From: Podarcis melisellensis
Taxonomy: Eukaryota
Reading direction: 5' to 3' (one strand)
Length of the DNA: 64,000 nucleotides
Assembly: GCA_964234715.1 (NCBI GenBank)
Contig: OZ174276.1
In this document: piece after piece, positions 1-11,900 of the stretch
Numbering within the stretch: position 1 is the first letter of the stretch
Layout: each line of letters opens with the position of its first letter
Translations under genes and position numbers: made by a program
The notes under the pieces: model-generated
Databases searched by the model: none
What the model saw: the letters and a program-made list of their open reading frames with translations, nothing else
What the model was told of the DNA's origin: nothing

Positions 1-1065
1 TAGTAGAAGCCCATATAAGGACTTATGTTAGTACAACTGGGTTTTCCGCCCCTCTCCCCATCCCCATGCACCCCCAAATTGGCTTAGGGGGGAGTGGGAG
101 AAACTACAGAACAGCACATGAATGGAAGGGGAAGTTGTTCCATTAGCCATGCAAAAATGTTTGTGCTGACAGAGCAATCTCCCTAGTGCTACATCAAATT
201 ATCCCCACCATTCTTCCAATTATTTGGAGGAATTAACCTGTTCCTTGCGTTCAGTGGAAAAATTCTTGCCAGTGCCCATTTGCACTGGTGGGATAGAGTT
301 AAGGAGCCTCTCCCTCCCCCCACCCACCCACAGAAGGGCCTCTACAGCCACATTTTCCAAAAAGTTTAATTGTTTGCACTTTGTGAACACCCACGCACAG
401 ACACCGTCATGGAGAACACTACACATGGCCAATGAACATCCCATGCATCTTGACACTAAGCCCGAGGAGATGAAGAGCACCTGTAGGCTCACTCTTGATT
501 TGCCCTTTCAAGGCTGCTTGCTATCCCCCTTGTTCATTTGAAAGCCAAACTGTTTTCAGAGCCCAGCGAGCTTTCCACAAAACAACTGCGTCATCCCCAT
601 TCCATGCCTCTTAAGACAAGGTTCATTGACCAACAAACCTCCTCTCATCGCTTACATTTGGAGAGGGGCGGGGAAGCAGAGAGGGGGAAAGAGTAGGTGG
701 GAAAAATCCATTTGGTTCCTGTCCCTAAAAGAGAATTCCTCTCTCATGGCTTTTTTGTAAATAGTTTTATCTTGAATGATCATCAAGTGACTCTTTGTGC
801 TCTCGACACTGGGCTCATTAATCGACCCTCTGCGTTATCGGTTTTCCTCTCTGATCAGTTCTCAAGATTTATATGCTGCCTGTTTTGGTGCAAGAGAGAT
901 TTATTTCTCTCCTTCAAATCTAGAGGTGCTGTGGCTTTTCTGACCCAGATGATGTGGCAGAAGACTTAAAACTGAAACAGCAGTGGGGGTTGTGGCTAGA
1001 AAATAGAGAAGCAGCCAGACTAGAGAATGGGAAACTGCGAAGCTTGTAGCACGTAGCAGAGACAT

Positions 1066-1233
1066 AGGCTGCAAACACACAGTGCATTAAAGCACATTAC
1101 TTTCCCACAGGATCCTGGGACCTGCAGTTTGTTAAGGGTCCTGGGGATTGTAGCTCTGGGAGGGGTAAACAAGACCTCCCAGGATTTTGGGGGGAAAGCC
1201 ATGTGCTTTAAATGAATGGTTTGTATGCAGCCA
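1066..1233. mobile_element. Short MITE-like element
   Basis: GGCTGCAAACA..TAAAGCACAT ... ATGTGCTTTA..TGTATGCAGCC imperfect inverted termini. Confidence 0.55.
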
Positions 1234-1724
1234 TATTCAAGCTGACCTTTTTGGCTACAACATCCAGACTAGTTTTTTTAATAATGGGGGTATTTTCCCT
1301 AGTCCTCCATTCCTACCACCCACTATTTCATCTTGCCTGGTGAAGGCTTTCAGAGAACTCAAAAGCTTGCTGCTGTTTTGTGACAGTTTGGTGTGTCCTA
1401 ATGCAGGCCTTGCCCAGCTGTGGGTTTTGATGTCCGGGAAAGGATGGCTTTGGTTCAGAGAGTCTGGGAGAAGGAAGAGAGTCAGAAAGAGTGTTGGGAC
1501 ATGATGAAGGATGGAGACAGAAAGCTGCTGAGGGTTGGCTCGTTTTAATGCCTGAGGAAGATCATTTAAATTGAATGCACACGTCCACTCATTCACACAG
1601 GGCACAAACTGCTGGACACTTTTTCTGCGCAAATCCCACTGGACTGCACAAGAGCATAGCAGGAGAGTGTGTTTCTGCCAAACGGAGGGCACAGAATGAT
1701 CAAGTTGCAGACAGTTGGCCAAAG

Positions 1725-1738
1725 AGGTCAAAAGTTCA
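1725..1738 (+). promoter_or_regulatory. Consensus DR2 nuclear-receptor element AGGTCA-AA-AGTTCA
   Basis: Exact RGKTCA-N2-RGKTCA match in non-repetitive DNA; function not shown. Confidence 0.35.
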
Positions 1739-2404
1739 CAGTGCGAAGCTCAGGGAATTGTTGGAAGGAAAACAGGAAAAGATAACTCTATTCATATTCT
1801 GTGCTTCTCTTGAAGAATTTAGCAACCAATCCTGGAACGAAGTTTCTTCCTCACTGAAGCTTAAGGGAAGCATTTTGTTCAGTGTCTCCCTGCCAGCGCA
1901 GGGACATTTGCCAAGCTGTTAACAGCTCGAGACATCGCACACATGTGGGAAGGGCATTAATTCAACTCTGTGACAAACATCTTTTTCCCTGGAACACTTC
2001 TCTGTATGGGCAGTCACTTTCAAGGCAGATTGCAAGGGTGGGCATCTGTTCAAAATGCTGACCCGGCCATTTGGGCAATTGTCCAAAAGTAACTCATCTT
2101 CCATTTTTGGTTAAGATCATCCCAAAGGTTCTCGTGGATACTTCCAATTCCTATATGGATGTAAAAAAAAAATATGTTTAGTATGAAAAAAATTAAATGA
2201 CACATGCAATCAACACTGGCGACGTACTCCAGATCCCAGTTAAACCAAAGAATCAAAGGCCTTGTGTACGTCAACAGAAATAGTGGCACACCTGCTGTAT
2301 AAACTGGCATGGTTGAACAGTCAATGCTAATCCTCAAAGGAACTTTAGTGCTTGAAGATCCTTTTCTTTTTATGGAGTTCTGGGGCCACTCCATGCTCCT
2401 AAAC

Positions 2405-2582
2405 ATGATTGCTATGCTCTGCCTCCACACTTGGAAGGAGTAATGCTTCTGAATACTAGTTGCTGGAAACCTCAGGAGGGGACAGTGCTCTTGTGTTCAG
2501 GTCCCAGAGGCATCTGATTGGCCACTATGAGAACAGGATGATGGACTATGTGGACCATTGGCCAGATCTAGCAGGGCTTTCT
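2405..2582 (+). mobile_element. Old squamate SINE / CR1-tail-related fragment (relative at ~7835-7988)
   Basis: GGCATCTGATTGGCCACTATGAGAACAGGATG...GGACCATTGGCCAGATCTAGCAGGGCT motif. Confidence 0.55.
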
Positions 2583-3500
2583 CACCTTCCCATGACTCCC
2601 CCTCCGCTCCAGACGTGTACACATACATGTGTGTGTGTGTGTTGGAGGGTGTCAGCTGTGAAGAGGCCATACCTGTATAATAGGGAACGGTAGTTCTTTG
2701 GGCAGGCAGACTAAGGATCTTTAACAACTTCACTCAGATGAAAATCTGCAGAATATTGTAGAGGAAAGCAAAAGCAGTTAAATTGGTTTAAAGAAGTAAA
2801 TTGCATTAGATTGCAGACATCCCTTCCATCATCTTCAACTCAAGTACTTTTCCTTAACTGGGTTGCAACTCAGGCGGCTGCCCTCAAGCCAATTAATGAC
2901 AATCAGTCATATTTCATTGTTTAAAACCAGAGGTTATGACACTTGGAGTCAGTGTGACAACAGAACGCTAATGGACCATTTTAACCAAAAACATCACTCA
3001 TCCACCCTGCAGGACCGTTGCTGCCGCAAGATACAATTACATATTATATGGATGATAAATGACCAATTTCCATTCACTTTATTAAGTGGGGCCTTCTACC
3101 ATCAAATTTGCGTCACGTCCTGACCATGCCAGTTTCAGGAAGTGTCAGTTGGTAGGCAGAAGTATCGTCACTCAAGTCAATCAATTTGATTTCCTTTTGA
3201 TGCAGGAGAATTCAGCCCTTAAAACTGGATATCTTCCAACAATTTATAAGCATGCCTACTCAACAACATTAAAGTCTCACATCGAACATAACCAATCTAT
3301 AGAAAGCACTTTATGATAATGGAAGTAGGAACAATGTTTGTAGTATTGTAACCTAAGAAAATCCTTAATAATTGGTCTGGTTTTTTAAAAAGCATAACTA
3401 CTCCTCACATTTAAGTCTGTGCTTAACAGCAGTGGATGCTATCAGGGATGTCTGGGGGGTGGGAAATTTTGTAAGTTTATGAAAAATTGTTTATGTAGGA

Positions 3501-3859
3501 GGTAAAGGTAAAGGTACCCCTGCCCGTACGGGCCAGTCTTGACAGACTCTGGGGTTGTGCGCCCATCTCACTTAAGAGGCCAGGGGCCAGCGCTGTCCGG
3601 AGACACTTCCGGGTCACGTGGCCAGCGTGACATCGCTGCTCTGGCGAGCCAGAGCCGCACACGGAAACGCCGTTTACCTTCCCGCTGGTAAGCGGTCCCT
3701 ATTTATCTACTTGCACCCGGAGGTGCTTTCGAACTGCTAGGTTGGCAGGCGCTGGGACCGAGCAGCGGGAGCGCACCCCGCCGCAGGGATTCGAACCGCC
3801 GACCTTTCGATCGGCAAGTCCTAGGTGCTGAGGCTTTAACCCACAGCGCCACCTGCGTC
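3501..3859 (-). mobile_element. Full-length Sauria SINE with 12-bp TSD
   Basis: tRNA-like head with A/B boxes (GGTGGCGCTGTGGGTTAA...GGTTCGAATCCC) on - strand, (ACCTTT)n tail, TSD GTTTATGTAGGA at 3489-3500 and 3860-3871. Confidence 0.92.
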
Positions 3860-5063
3860 GTTTATGTAGGAACCCTAGACTAAAATTCCAAGGTTCTTTG
3901 AGGGGAAGCTGTGGCAGCTAAACCAGTTTATATTGATGATAAATACATCGCCTCAGAGTGCATGAGGCTTTTCTGCACTTTCACAAATCTACGTTTCCTA
4001 ACTTTGTCCCCTTCAACAGACTAGACAGTTGGGAAATAAGTACCCATTTAAATATAAATCAGCTAGCGTGGTACCAAGTGAGGTTATATTGTTCTAGCTT
4101 GCAGTTTTAGAGGGTAGGCAAAAATGGGATGATGACTCTAATTTTGCAATTATCAAGTTACATAATCAAAATATTGCCTATGGCTTTAGAACCACTTTTT
4201 AGCATCACTTACAGCACACCTATGAATGATTACCTAGTCATATGTTCCATTAATCTCAAAGGGGCTTACTGCCTTGTAAGTTTGTTTAGGATTACAGCTT
4301 TAATCAACACTCCTGCATTTGTAAATTTTGGTTTACTGTTCTGGGAAGGGCTCTCATTCTGAACATGAGATTACTGTGAGTTCAAGTGGGCAGACTTACT
4401 AAGGGACAAACATCAGCAGGAGAGGGGAGGCACCAGTTGTTGAGAAAGAGGAATGTATATGTCTGAGGTCTCTGAATATTCTACCTTGCAACGGCAATGG
4501 AGCTGCCAGTAGAGAAGAGTTTCTATTATACGCCTGTCATTTCAGTAGACAGCAATGCCTCAGCAATAAGATAAAACCTGTCAACACACCAAAACTGCTT
4601 TGATCAGGAACAGAAGATGTCAAGTGCGTAACAGAAAAGATTCTGTCTCCCCCCAAAGAAGTCAGCAGTTAGCTTGGCTCTGCGCTGAAAAATAGAAGGG
4701 GAATGAAAGATAGAAAAGGTAAAACATGGGAGGAGGGCCAATATGAGAGAAAGAAGGAAAGAAAAATGTAAGTGGGAAGTTGTAGAGTTTTTGTGTGTGT
4801 GTTTTGATGTTTCACAGAGATTAAAGTTTATTGCCAAGGTCAGCATTTCTGTTTCACGTCATATTGAGGAAGGCGGTGCATATATTGCGTTTCTGCATGC
4901 TCAAGTGGTGGAAGGGACTTATATCAGGAATAGCAGTTTGTGAAACTAGTAAGTTTCAAGTCAAAGTTTATCAAAACTTCCTTGTCTGTCTTATGAGAGC
5001 AGTGGAGAGAATGTCAGTTTCCCCCCGTGACACAGAATCACATTCAGATGTGTCACATTTACA

Positions 5064-6680
5064 TTTGTTTTTTTAAAATATTTTTTATTAAAGATTTTCC
5101 TTGTTTACAAAAGCACATGCATTGTCTCTTTCTTCAGGTTGTGTTTTCTACAGATCAGTCACATTTGTTGTAAGACATTGGAGTTATATGCAGTATAGAT
5201 TTGGGGAAAAGGAAGAGGGATGGGAGAGAGGGGGTGGTAAAGCTTATGTTCTGTGTATGTGTGGGGCTTTGTGTCAGCGTCACTTGAGTAGGTTCTCTTT
5301 CTATTCGCTTGTTATGTTTCCCTGGTGGTGAGAGAGGTTGGGGTGGCCTAGGGTGTGGTTGATTTGTTTGTGCGTGGGGAGGGGGTTAAGTTAGCCACAT
5401 TGAATTGTATGCTGCCAGTGGGTTCGTGTTGTTGTCTTGTTGGGCTGTGTATGTGATAAAGGGGAGCCATACCGGGGTGAAGGCATCTTCTTCTACAGTG
5501 GTACATTGGGTTAAAAACTTAATTTGTTCTGGAGGTCTGTTCTTAATCTGAAACTGTTCTTAACCTGAGGTACCGCACAATTTCTGTTCTCATCCTGAAG
5601 CAAAGTTCTTAACCTGAGGTACTATTTCTGGGTTAGCTGAGTCTGTAACCTGAAGCATCTGTAACCCGAGGTACCACTGTATTTGTGTCAGTTTCAGTCT
5701 ATTGGTTAGCTGTTTAAGCCTGTTTCCCATACTACTTGATACCAGGGTTCCATGTTTAATCCTGACAGGTCCCCCCATTGTCTGGCTATGATGTCTCTGT
5801 CTGCTGAGAGTAGATGGGTTATGAGCTCTTTATAGTGTGAGTGGGCATTGTTATTTTAGAAAATGTTCAGTAGGGTCAATTCTGGGATGTCTTCTAGTAC
5901 CTGTTTAGTTATTTTGCTTATTTCTTGTATGACTGCTGTCCAGAAGAGTTGGGTTTGGGGGCATTCCCACCACATGTGCCTGTGGAGGTGCATCCTCTCC
6001 AGCATTTTAGTGAGGTTCCTAGGCGTATCAGCGCCAGTTTCCATGGTGTTAGGTACCATCTGTAAGTGAGTTTCAGAGTGAGTTCTTTTCTTTTCGTGAT
6101 ATGGATTTAAAGGTAGGTTTAGACTACATTCTAGTCCATTGGGTGGAGTTAATTTCGTAGTCTAGGTCGTCCTCCCATTGTTTTTTGATTGCATCTAGGG
6201 GTTTTGTGGGGCTTTGGAGCAGTGTTTTGTATATTGTGGATACCATCCCCTTGCCATGACCTGCTGTTGTTAAGAGATGATTTTAGAAGGTGGTCAAGGG
6301 CCTGGTGGCTGTTGATTTTACTACTGGATTGTTTAGGAAGGCATGCAGTTGGTGGTGTGTTAGCCAGGGTATTTGGGTGTCCCCTAGTTTGTTTTGAATT
6401 TCTTGTGTCACTATGGGTTTGTTATTTTTGTAGAGGTCTGCTAGGCCATATAGGCCTTTGGCTTGCCAGGTTTTTATCTGGAGATTTTGTGCTGTGTGGT
6501 GGATAAGTGGGTGGTGAGCTAGTGGGATTAGTGGGGATGAGGTTGGGGTTGGGGACAGTTTGCCTGCTTCTTCCTTCCATGCTTTCAGCATGGTCTGTGT
6601 CTCTCCAAGTGTATCCATTGTTTTATCTTGTTTTCTAGAATGTATGGGATTACGTGGTGCACTTGGTTGGCGATGCAGTA
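5064..6680 (-). mobile_element. Degenerate 5'-truncated L1/Tx1-type LINE (ORF2 C-terminus, 3'UTR, poly(A))
   Basis: HMWWECP..FW..V Cys/His-rich C-terminal motif (ORF 5856..6059), frameshifts, AATAAA and A-tail at ~5064-5090. Confidence 0.8.
5496..5679. mobile_element. Tc1/mariner (Tigger-like) MITE nested in the LINE
   Basis: CAGTGGTAC...GTACCACTG terminal inverted repeats, TA TSD on both sides. Confidence 0.85.
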
Positions 6681-6870
6681 GGAAATTGCTTTTCTCAGAT
6701 TTCCCCCTTACAGAAAAATACAAGAATAGGAGAGATGTGAAAGAGAAGACTATAGGAGTGCATGCACAGACTAATTTTTTTTGTAGCATTTAAACTGGAG
6801 AAAATCGGTAGTGTTCAATTGCTGTTCTATATCTATGCTATACTAACAATACAATTCTGCACACGCTTTA

Positions 6871-7142
6871 TTGTTGTTATTGTTGTTTAGTCGTTTAGTC
6901 GTGTCCGACTCTTCATGACCCCATGGACCAGAGCACGCCAGGCACTCCTGTCTTCCACTGCCTCCCGCAGTTTGGTTAAACTCATGTTCGTAGCTTCGAG
7001 AACACTGTCCAACCATCTCGTCCTCTGCCGTCCCCTTCTCCTTGTGCCTTCAATCTTTCCAGGGAGTATTCTCTTCTCATGAGGTGGCCAAAGTATTGGA
7101 GCCTTAGCTTCAGGATCTGTCCTTCCAAGGAGAAGTCAGGGC
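6871..7142 (-). mobile_element. BovB/RTE LINE 3' end
   Basis: AGTCGTGTCCGACTCTTCATGACCCCATGGAC...GAGGTGGCCAAAGTATTGGAG hallmark with (CAA)n tail on - strand. Confidence 0.88.
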
Positions 7143-8816
7143 ACAGTTTTTGTGGTGTAATGAGACTTCATGGTATGCCAATACTGCCAGAGGTCTAAAA
7201 GTAGGCTCCACTTATACCTGACATTTTGGCTTAGGTCTGGTGAATTACCTCTAGTTAGTATTTAGAAGATGATTTCAACTATCTAAATACAGCAGTTAGC
7301 AAAGCCACAGCGGATGCAATTATTTACAGTTGAGTTTGGGAGATCTTAGAAAACTGGATTTATATTAAGTGTCCTAAAAAATGTTCATTTTTCTTCTTCT
7401 TTTATGTTATTAAAATACATAATCAAGAATAAAACAAAACCATCACAGAAAACAGCTATGAAATATTGAAGCAGAAACAAAAAGGAGGCCAAAGACACCA
7501 GTAATACATTCCAGTCTTTCAATACATTCCAGAAATTATAACAAGTCTATAAACACCATTAATATGGATATCCCTTATGCCAATTCCATCTTCTGTCCTC
7601 TTCCACAGCATCCCTCACAACGAGAATCAGCCGTCACTTTCAGCTACTCTGACCTTCCCTCAACATAGTGCCCTCCAGATGTTTTGTACTCCCATCTGCT
7701 TCAGCCAACATGGCAAATGGTCAGGGATGATGGGAATTGTACTCCAAAAATATTTGGAGGTTACTAAGTTGGGCAAGGCTGAGTAGGTGGCTCTCAAAGG
7801 CAACTGGACTTGCCCTCCATGAATCTGCCTGTCAGTCGCCCCTTGAATTTCCAGCTACAGATGAGCACAAGTGGGAGAAGACTCCTGCTTGTAGGATTTC
7901 TATAAACATGTGGTTCGCCACTGTGTGAAGCATGATGCTGGGCTAGATCAGTGTTTGATCTGATTGAGCATGCCTCTTCTTATGTTCCCACCACACCAGA
8001 ACCCATTCTCAGTATGGAGGTATGCAAGAACCGGAAGGAATGATTAAAGAGTGCAGGGTGCATAGAAGCCACTCCTAGGGGCCAAAGTACATTTGGCCCT
8101 CCCAGTAACATATTTGAGGTGGTGGTGGTGGGGAGTTGATGGGCATTGCCATTCAAATGGTGTGTGCACACTGTGTCTTGTGATCGATTATGTAGGGTGG
8201 GGCTTACCTGCCTGGGGGGCATATTTTATTCAGGGTGTAATTAAATAAAGAAAACTAAAGAACATTTGCTAGGGAATAAAAACGGGGTAAGAAGAGAGCA
8301 TGGAGGTGCCAGTATGAACTTGCGTCCTTCGGACTGCTTGGCCACTGGTAAACTGACAATGTGTCACCTCAAATACTAAGGGAAGGGTTATTATATTTGA
8401 CTGGATGCAACTCCTGAAGACAACCTCTCATTTAAGTTTAGCCTCTCCACTTTAGCTGTCTCAATCTGTCATCCGGTAACATTTTGTTTCATGTCCAATG
8501 TTAAAAATCAGCCATTCACTCAGCTGCCACAGTGCCTAAGAGCTGACATGTCAAACATTGTGTAACTGGCAATTAACATGTCCTATTTACTTTGTTGAGG
8601 GAAACGTGTTGGAAGAAATGTTTCCCCAAGAGAATAGCTTAGTGGGAGAAGTGTGGGTTGTTACTGTGTGGTGTTGGGGCACTCAAAACCAAATTGGGCG
8701 AGCTGTTGCCAGAATACAGATATAAAATGCTGACCTCGTTCTCTTAACACACCTTTTGGGAAGCAACTAACTTCCATATTCAAATGGCTCATATGCAATG
8801 TTTTCTTTGCTTGCAG

Positions 8817-8907
8817 GCTGAAGGATCTTATGAGAAAATAAGAGTGAATTTGCTTAACTATAAAGAAGCATGCTTGAAAATGTTGCACGAGTCTGCGATC
8901 AGCCCAG
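8817..8907 (+). CDS. GLP2R: GLP2R exon 2 (ECD alpha-helix) [31 protein letters not shown]
   Basis: ttgcag|GCT ... CCAG|gtaag; 91 nt; YKEAC matches the GLP2R YKQAC motif. Confidence 0.9.
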
Positions 8908-11900
8908 GTAAGAAAGCAACCTTCACCTCCATCAACGCACAAATAATAGTTTGCGAAGCTTGTAGAAATGTGTTGTATCCAAATCAGCAGTACATGAACC
9001 TAATGTCACTGCAAAGATTTCTGCTTGTGCAGTGGAGCATTCACCCTCCCTCTTTCCCTGCAATCTATTCTAGGGGCTCCCTCAACCTTGTGAAGCAGAT
9101 TTGGGGAAGGGAGAAATGAAAGTCCCATTTGCAAGTGGAAATCCTTGCATTGGTGGGATGTATTAGCTGAATACTGCCCTGTGATAGCTAAAAGATCATG
9201 CGTAGTAGGCCTTCTCACCAAAATGGATGCAAGTATAAAGAGCAAGAAATGGTCGAAATTTGGTGAGCAGGATAGGGAGAAGAATGGGCTGTAGTTTATT
9301 GAATATGCTAAGACGGCATATTGCGGGATCAGAACAGCTTTTGGATCCTTTGATGTCAAGTCACTTTCTCAGTCTCCTTCCACATCCCTGAACCACCCCT
9401 GAAAGGCTCCCATTTGGCATCTACCATCAGGTGGGTCAGGGCAATGAATGCTTCATTGGCAGTGGGGATGAGAATATTGGATATGTTGCCCTGAGAATAT
9501 CCTTCTCAGGGCCTAAGGATTAAACCCTTGGTATCCTCAGTCTCTCAGAGGGAGAGGGATTTGTTATGACATGTTCTTGTTTGTTTGACAGTCAACAGTA
9601 TTGTCAAAGCTGGGGCAGTGCAGACTGGGAGTGTGAGCTGGAACAGAAGTAGTTTAAATATAATCTCAAACAAGAACTTGCATAGACAAGCCACTGTTCC
9701 TTCAGCCTCAGTCTTTCATTTTTAATACAGTTGTGATAATAGTACTTTTCTACTACTACCTTAAGGTGGCTGTTTACTGAGATAATTTATGCAAATGTCT
9801 GTTTGTTGTTGTTAATATTTACTAAACCTCCTTGGGAACATCTTGTTTCATTTTCTGTCAGTCATCTTAATTCATTTCCTGGTGACATTTGGTATGAGGA
9901 TGCGATCTGGCCAAGATAATAATATTTATAGGTTTTCATAAAAATTACTGAGGTATTCTGTATGAATGCTATCACCATTATTTTGTTGATTATTCATTTC
10001 TAATCCTTTCAACTAACCATTTGGCCTCTTGGGAACATTTTGTTATATTTGTTCTCACTCACCTACATTCATTTCCTGTTGATGTATGTGGTCATGATGT
10101 AGTCAAAATGATAATCAGCCAGCTTCGTGCTTGTTTTGGTTGCTCGCTTCAGTAATTTTGATGCCTTGGTTCCATTCATGCCCCCGTCCCCAAAGTTTGA
10201 TTGATAAATGTTCTTGAGAACTTTGCTTGAAATCTAAATCACCATCTATATCTAGCTGAAATGCTTATCTAAGTAGCACAAGTAGCAGCTTAGCACAAGG
10301 GTGGCTGCTAGTATGCTTCACTGTAAGTCTTATGTTCAGTGCTCAAAGTGGCAGAAAAAGGAACGTAAGAGGGTTTCATTTCAAGTTTGGTCAGATTCTG
10401 TTATGTCTGTTGCAAAGAAGTGGAACTGCATCCCCTCCTGCTTTTGAGCCCTGCTTATGATCAAACTGTAAACTTCATTTAGAGGTATTAATTTAAATGC
10501 TACAAGATGTGTAGAGTTATGTATCTTATCAGTGTGGCTTGGTTTGAACACACTGCATTCCTTGGTGATCAGCTGCCTGCACCCTTTAGTGAATGTTAAA
10601 AGACTCTCCCTCTCTCTCAGGAATATACTGCAATGGGAGTTTTGATGAATTTGTTTGCTGGCCTCATTCACCTCCAGGAATAGTCTCGGTTCCCTGCCCA
10701 CATTATTTACCATGGATAGAAAATGGTAAGGCAAGACTTGGAAATATATGCACATTGCAAAGCTGTAATATATATGAGCACATTTCTCTTTCCTTCTAGA
10801 GTTCTGTACTGGGTATCCTAGTCGTGCAAAGAAACTGCTAACAGAAACTCTTCAACACTGATGGCGTAGGGTAACTTCTTAAAGAAATACTTGAATCAAA
10901 TCTCTCCTGACACATACTCAGAAATCCAATTCTGCCACACTCCATACATAGTATGATGTATGGATTATAATGTACAGCCAAGGTAGAAACATGATTTCGT
11001 CAGCAGACTCCTACAGTAGTAAGGAGGAGACAATATGGGGAGGCAAGGAAGCAAGCAAGCAAGCTTTAAAGGAGCCAATGAGATCACACAAGAACGAGAG
11101 AGGGAAGGTGGCCAGATTTACTTAATCCCCCTTTGGAATCTGCAGTCCTGAATTGGTTAATTATACAATATCAATGACTGCTTCTCAACCCCAAGCACAA
11201 ATAATCGAAAGCATGTAAGATGGAATTAAGTGAAATACAATCTTATCCCTTGGGTTTAAGCACTGACAGGGGCTTTAGAAACAAGGAATTAGGAGAATTT
11301 GACAGTGTTAATCCATTGATAAATATTAAGCTTTCTACAGTTACCTCCCAAATAAACAGACATTACAAAGAGCCACATACATCCAGCCAAGTCTCCATTT
11401 TCAGGGGTCTCTAGGCAAGTGATGAAAGGATGACGGCACTAAACCATGTCTGAAAAATGAAATGTGTGGCTTGACCTTTGAGCCTGCGTCTGTTTACATT
11501 TAGGAAGTGCAAGAAACGTATACAGAATCTGCCTGGACCAAGGGATTTGGAAAAAAGTTGAAAACTCCACTGTGGTCTGGGATAACCGCACTGAATGTTC
11601 TGGGGACAGCCACTACCAGAGAAAAGTGAGTAGAGATGCCTTTTTATGGTTTAATACAGTAACCTGCTTAATCCCCTCTGGAAATCCTCTTGATCAAATT
11701 GTTTCTACTGAGTACTTCACCTGAAAATGGGTAGTCTGTGTGTTTATTTAGAAGAGAGAATTGGGTCAACTCAGGCTGGATGCTTAGGTTGAGCACATTC
11801 TTCCCCCCAACATTTCTTGGATTTCTGACTGCTGAGCTGGTTCTAAAAAATATGAGGAGAATGAGTCAAGCCATTAGAAGAGAGAAGCACTATATAAATA

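Noticed and set aside
2352-2443. Hydrophobic mini-ORF MEFWGHSMLLNMIAMLCLHTWKE as GLP2R exon 1
   Set aside because: Ends in a stop codon, has no phase-0 donor and overlaps a SINE/CR1-tail repeat
3760-3859. tRNA-like A/B box sequence (also ~20100-20194)
   Set aside because: Head of Sauria SINEs, not a tRNA gene
6283-6789. 168-aa ORF on - strand
   Set aside because: Mostly a frameshifted piece of the L1/Tx1 remnant
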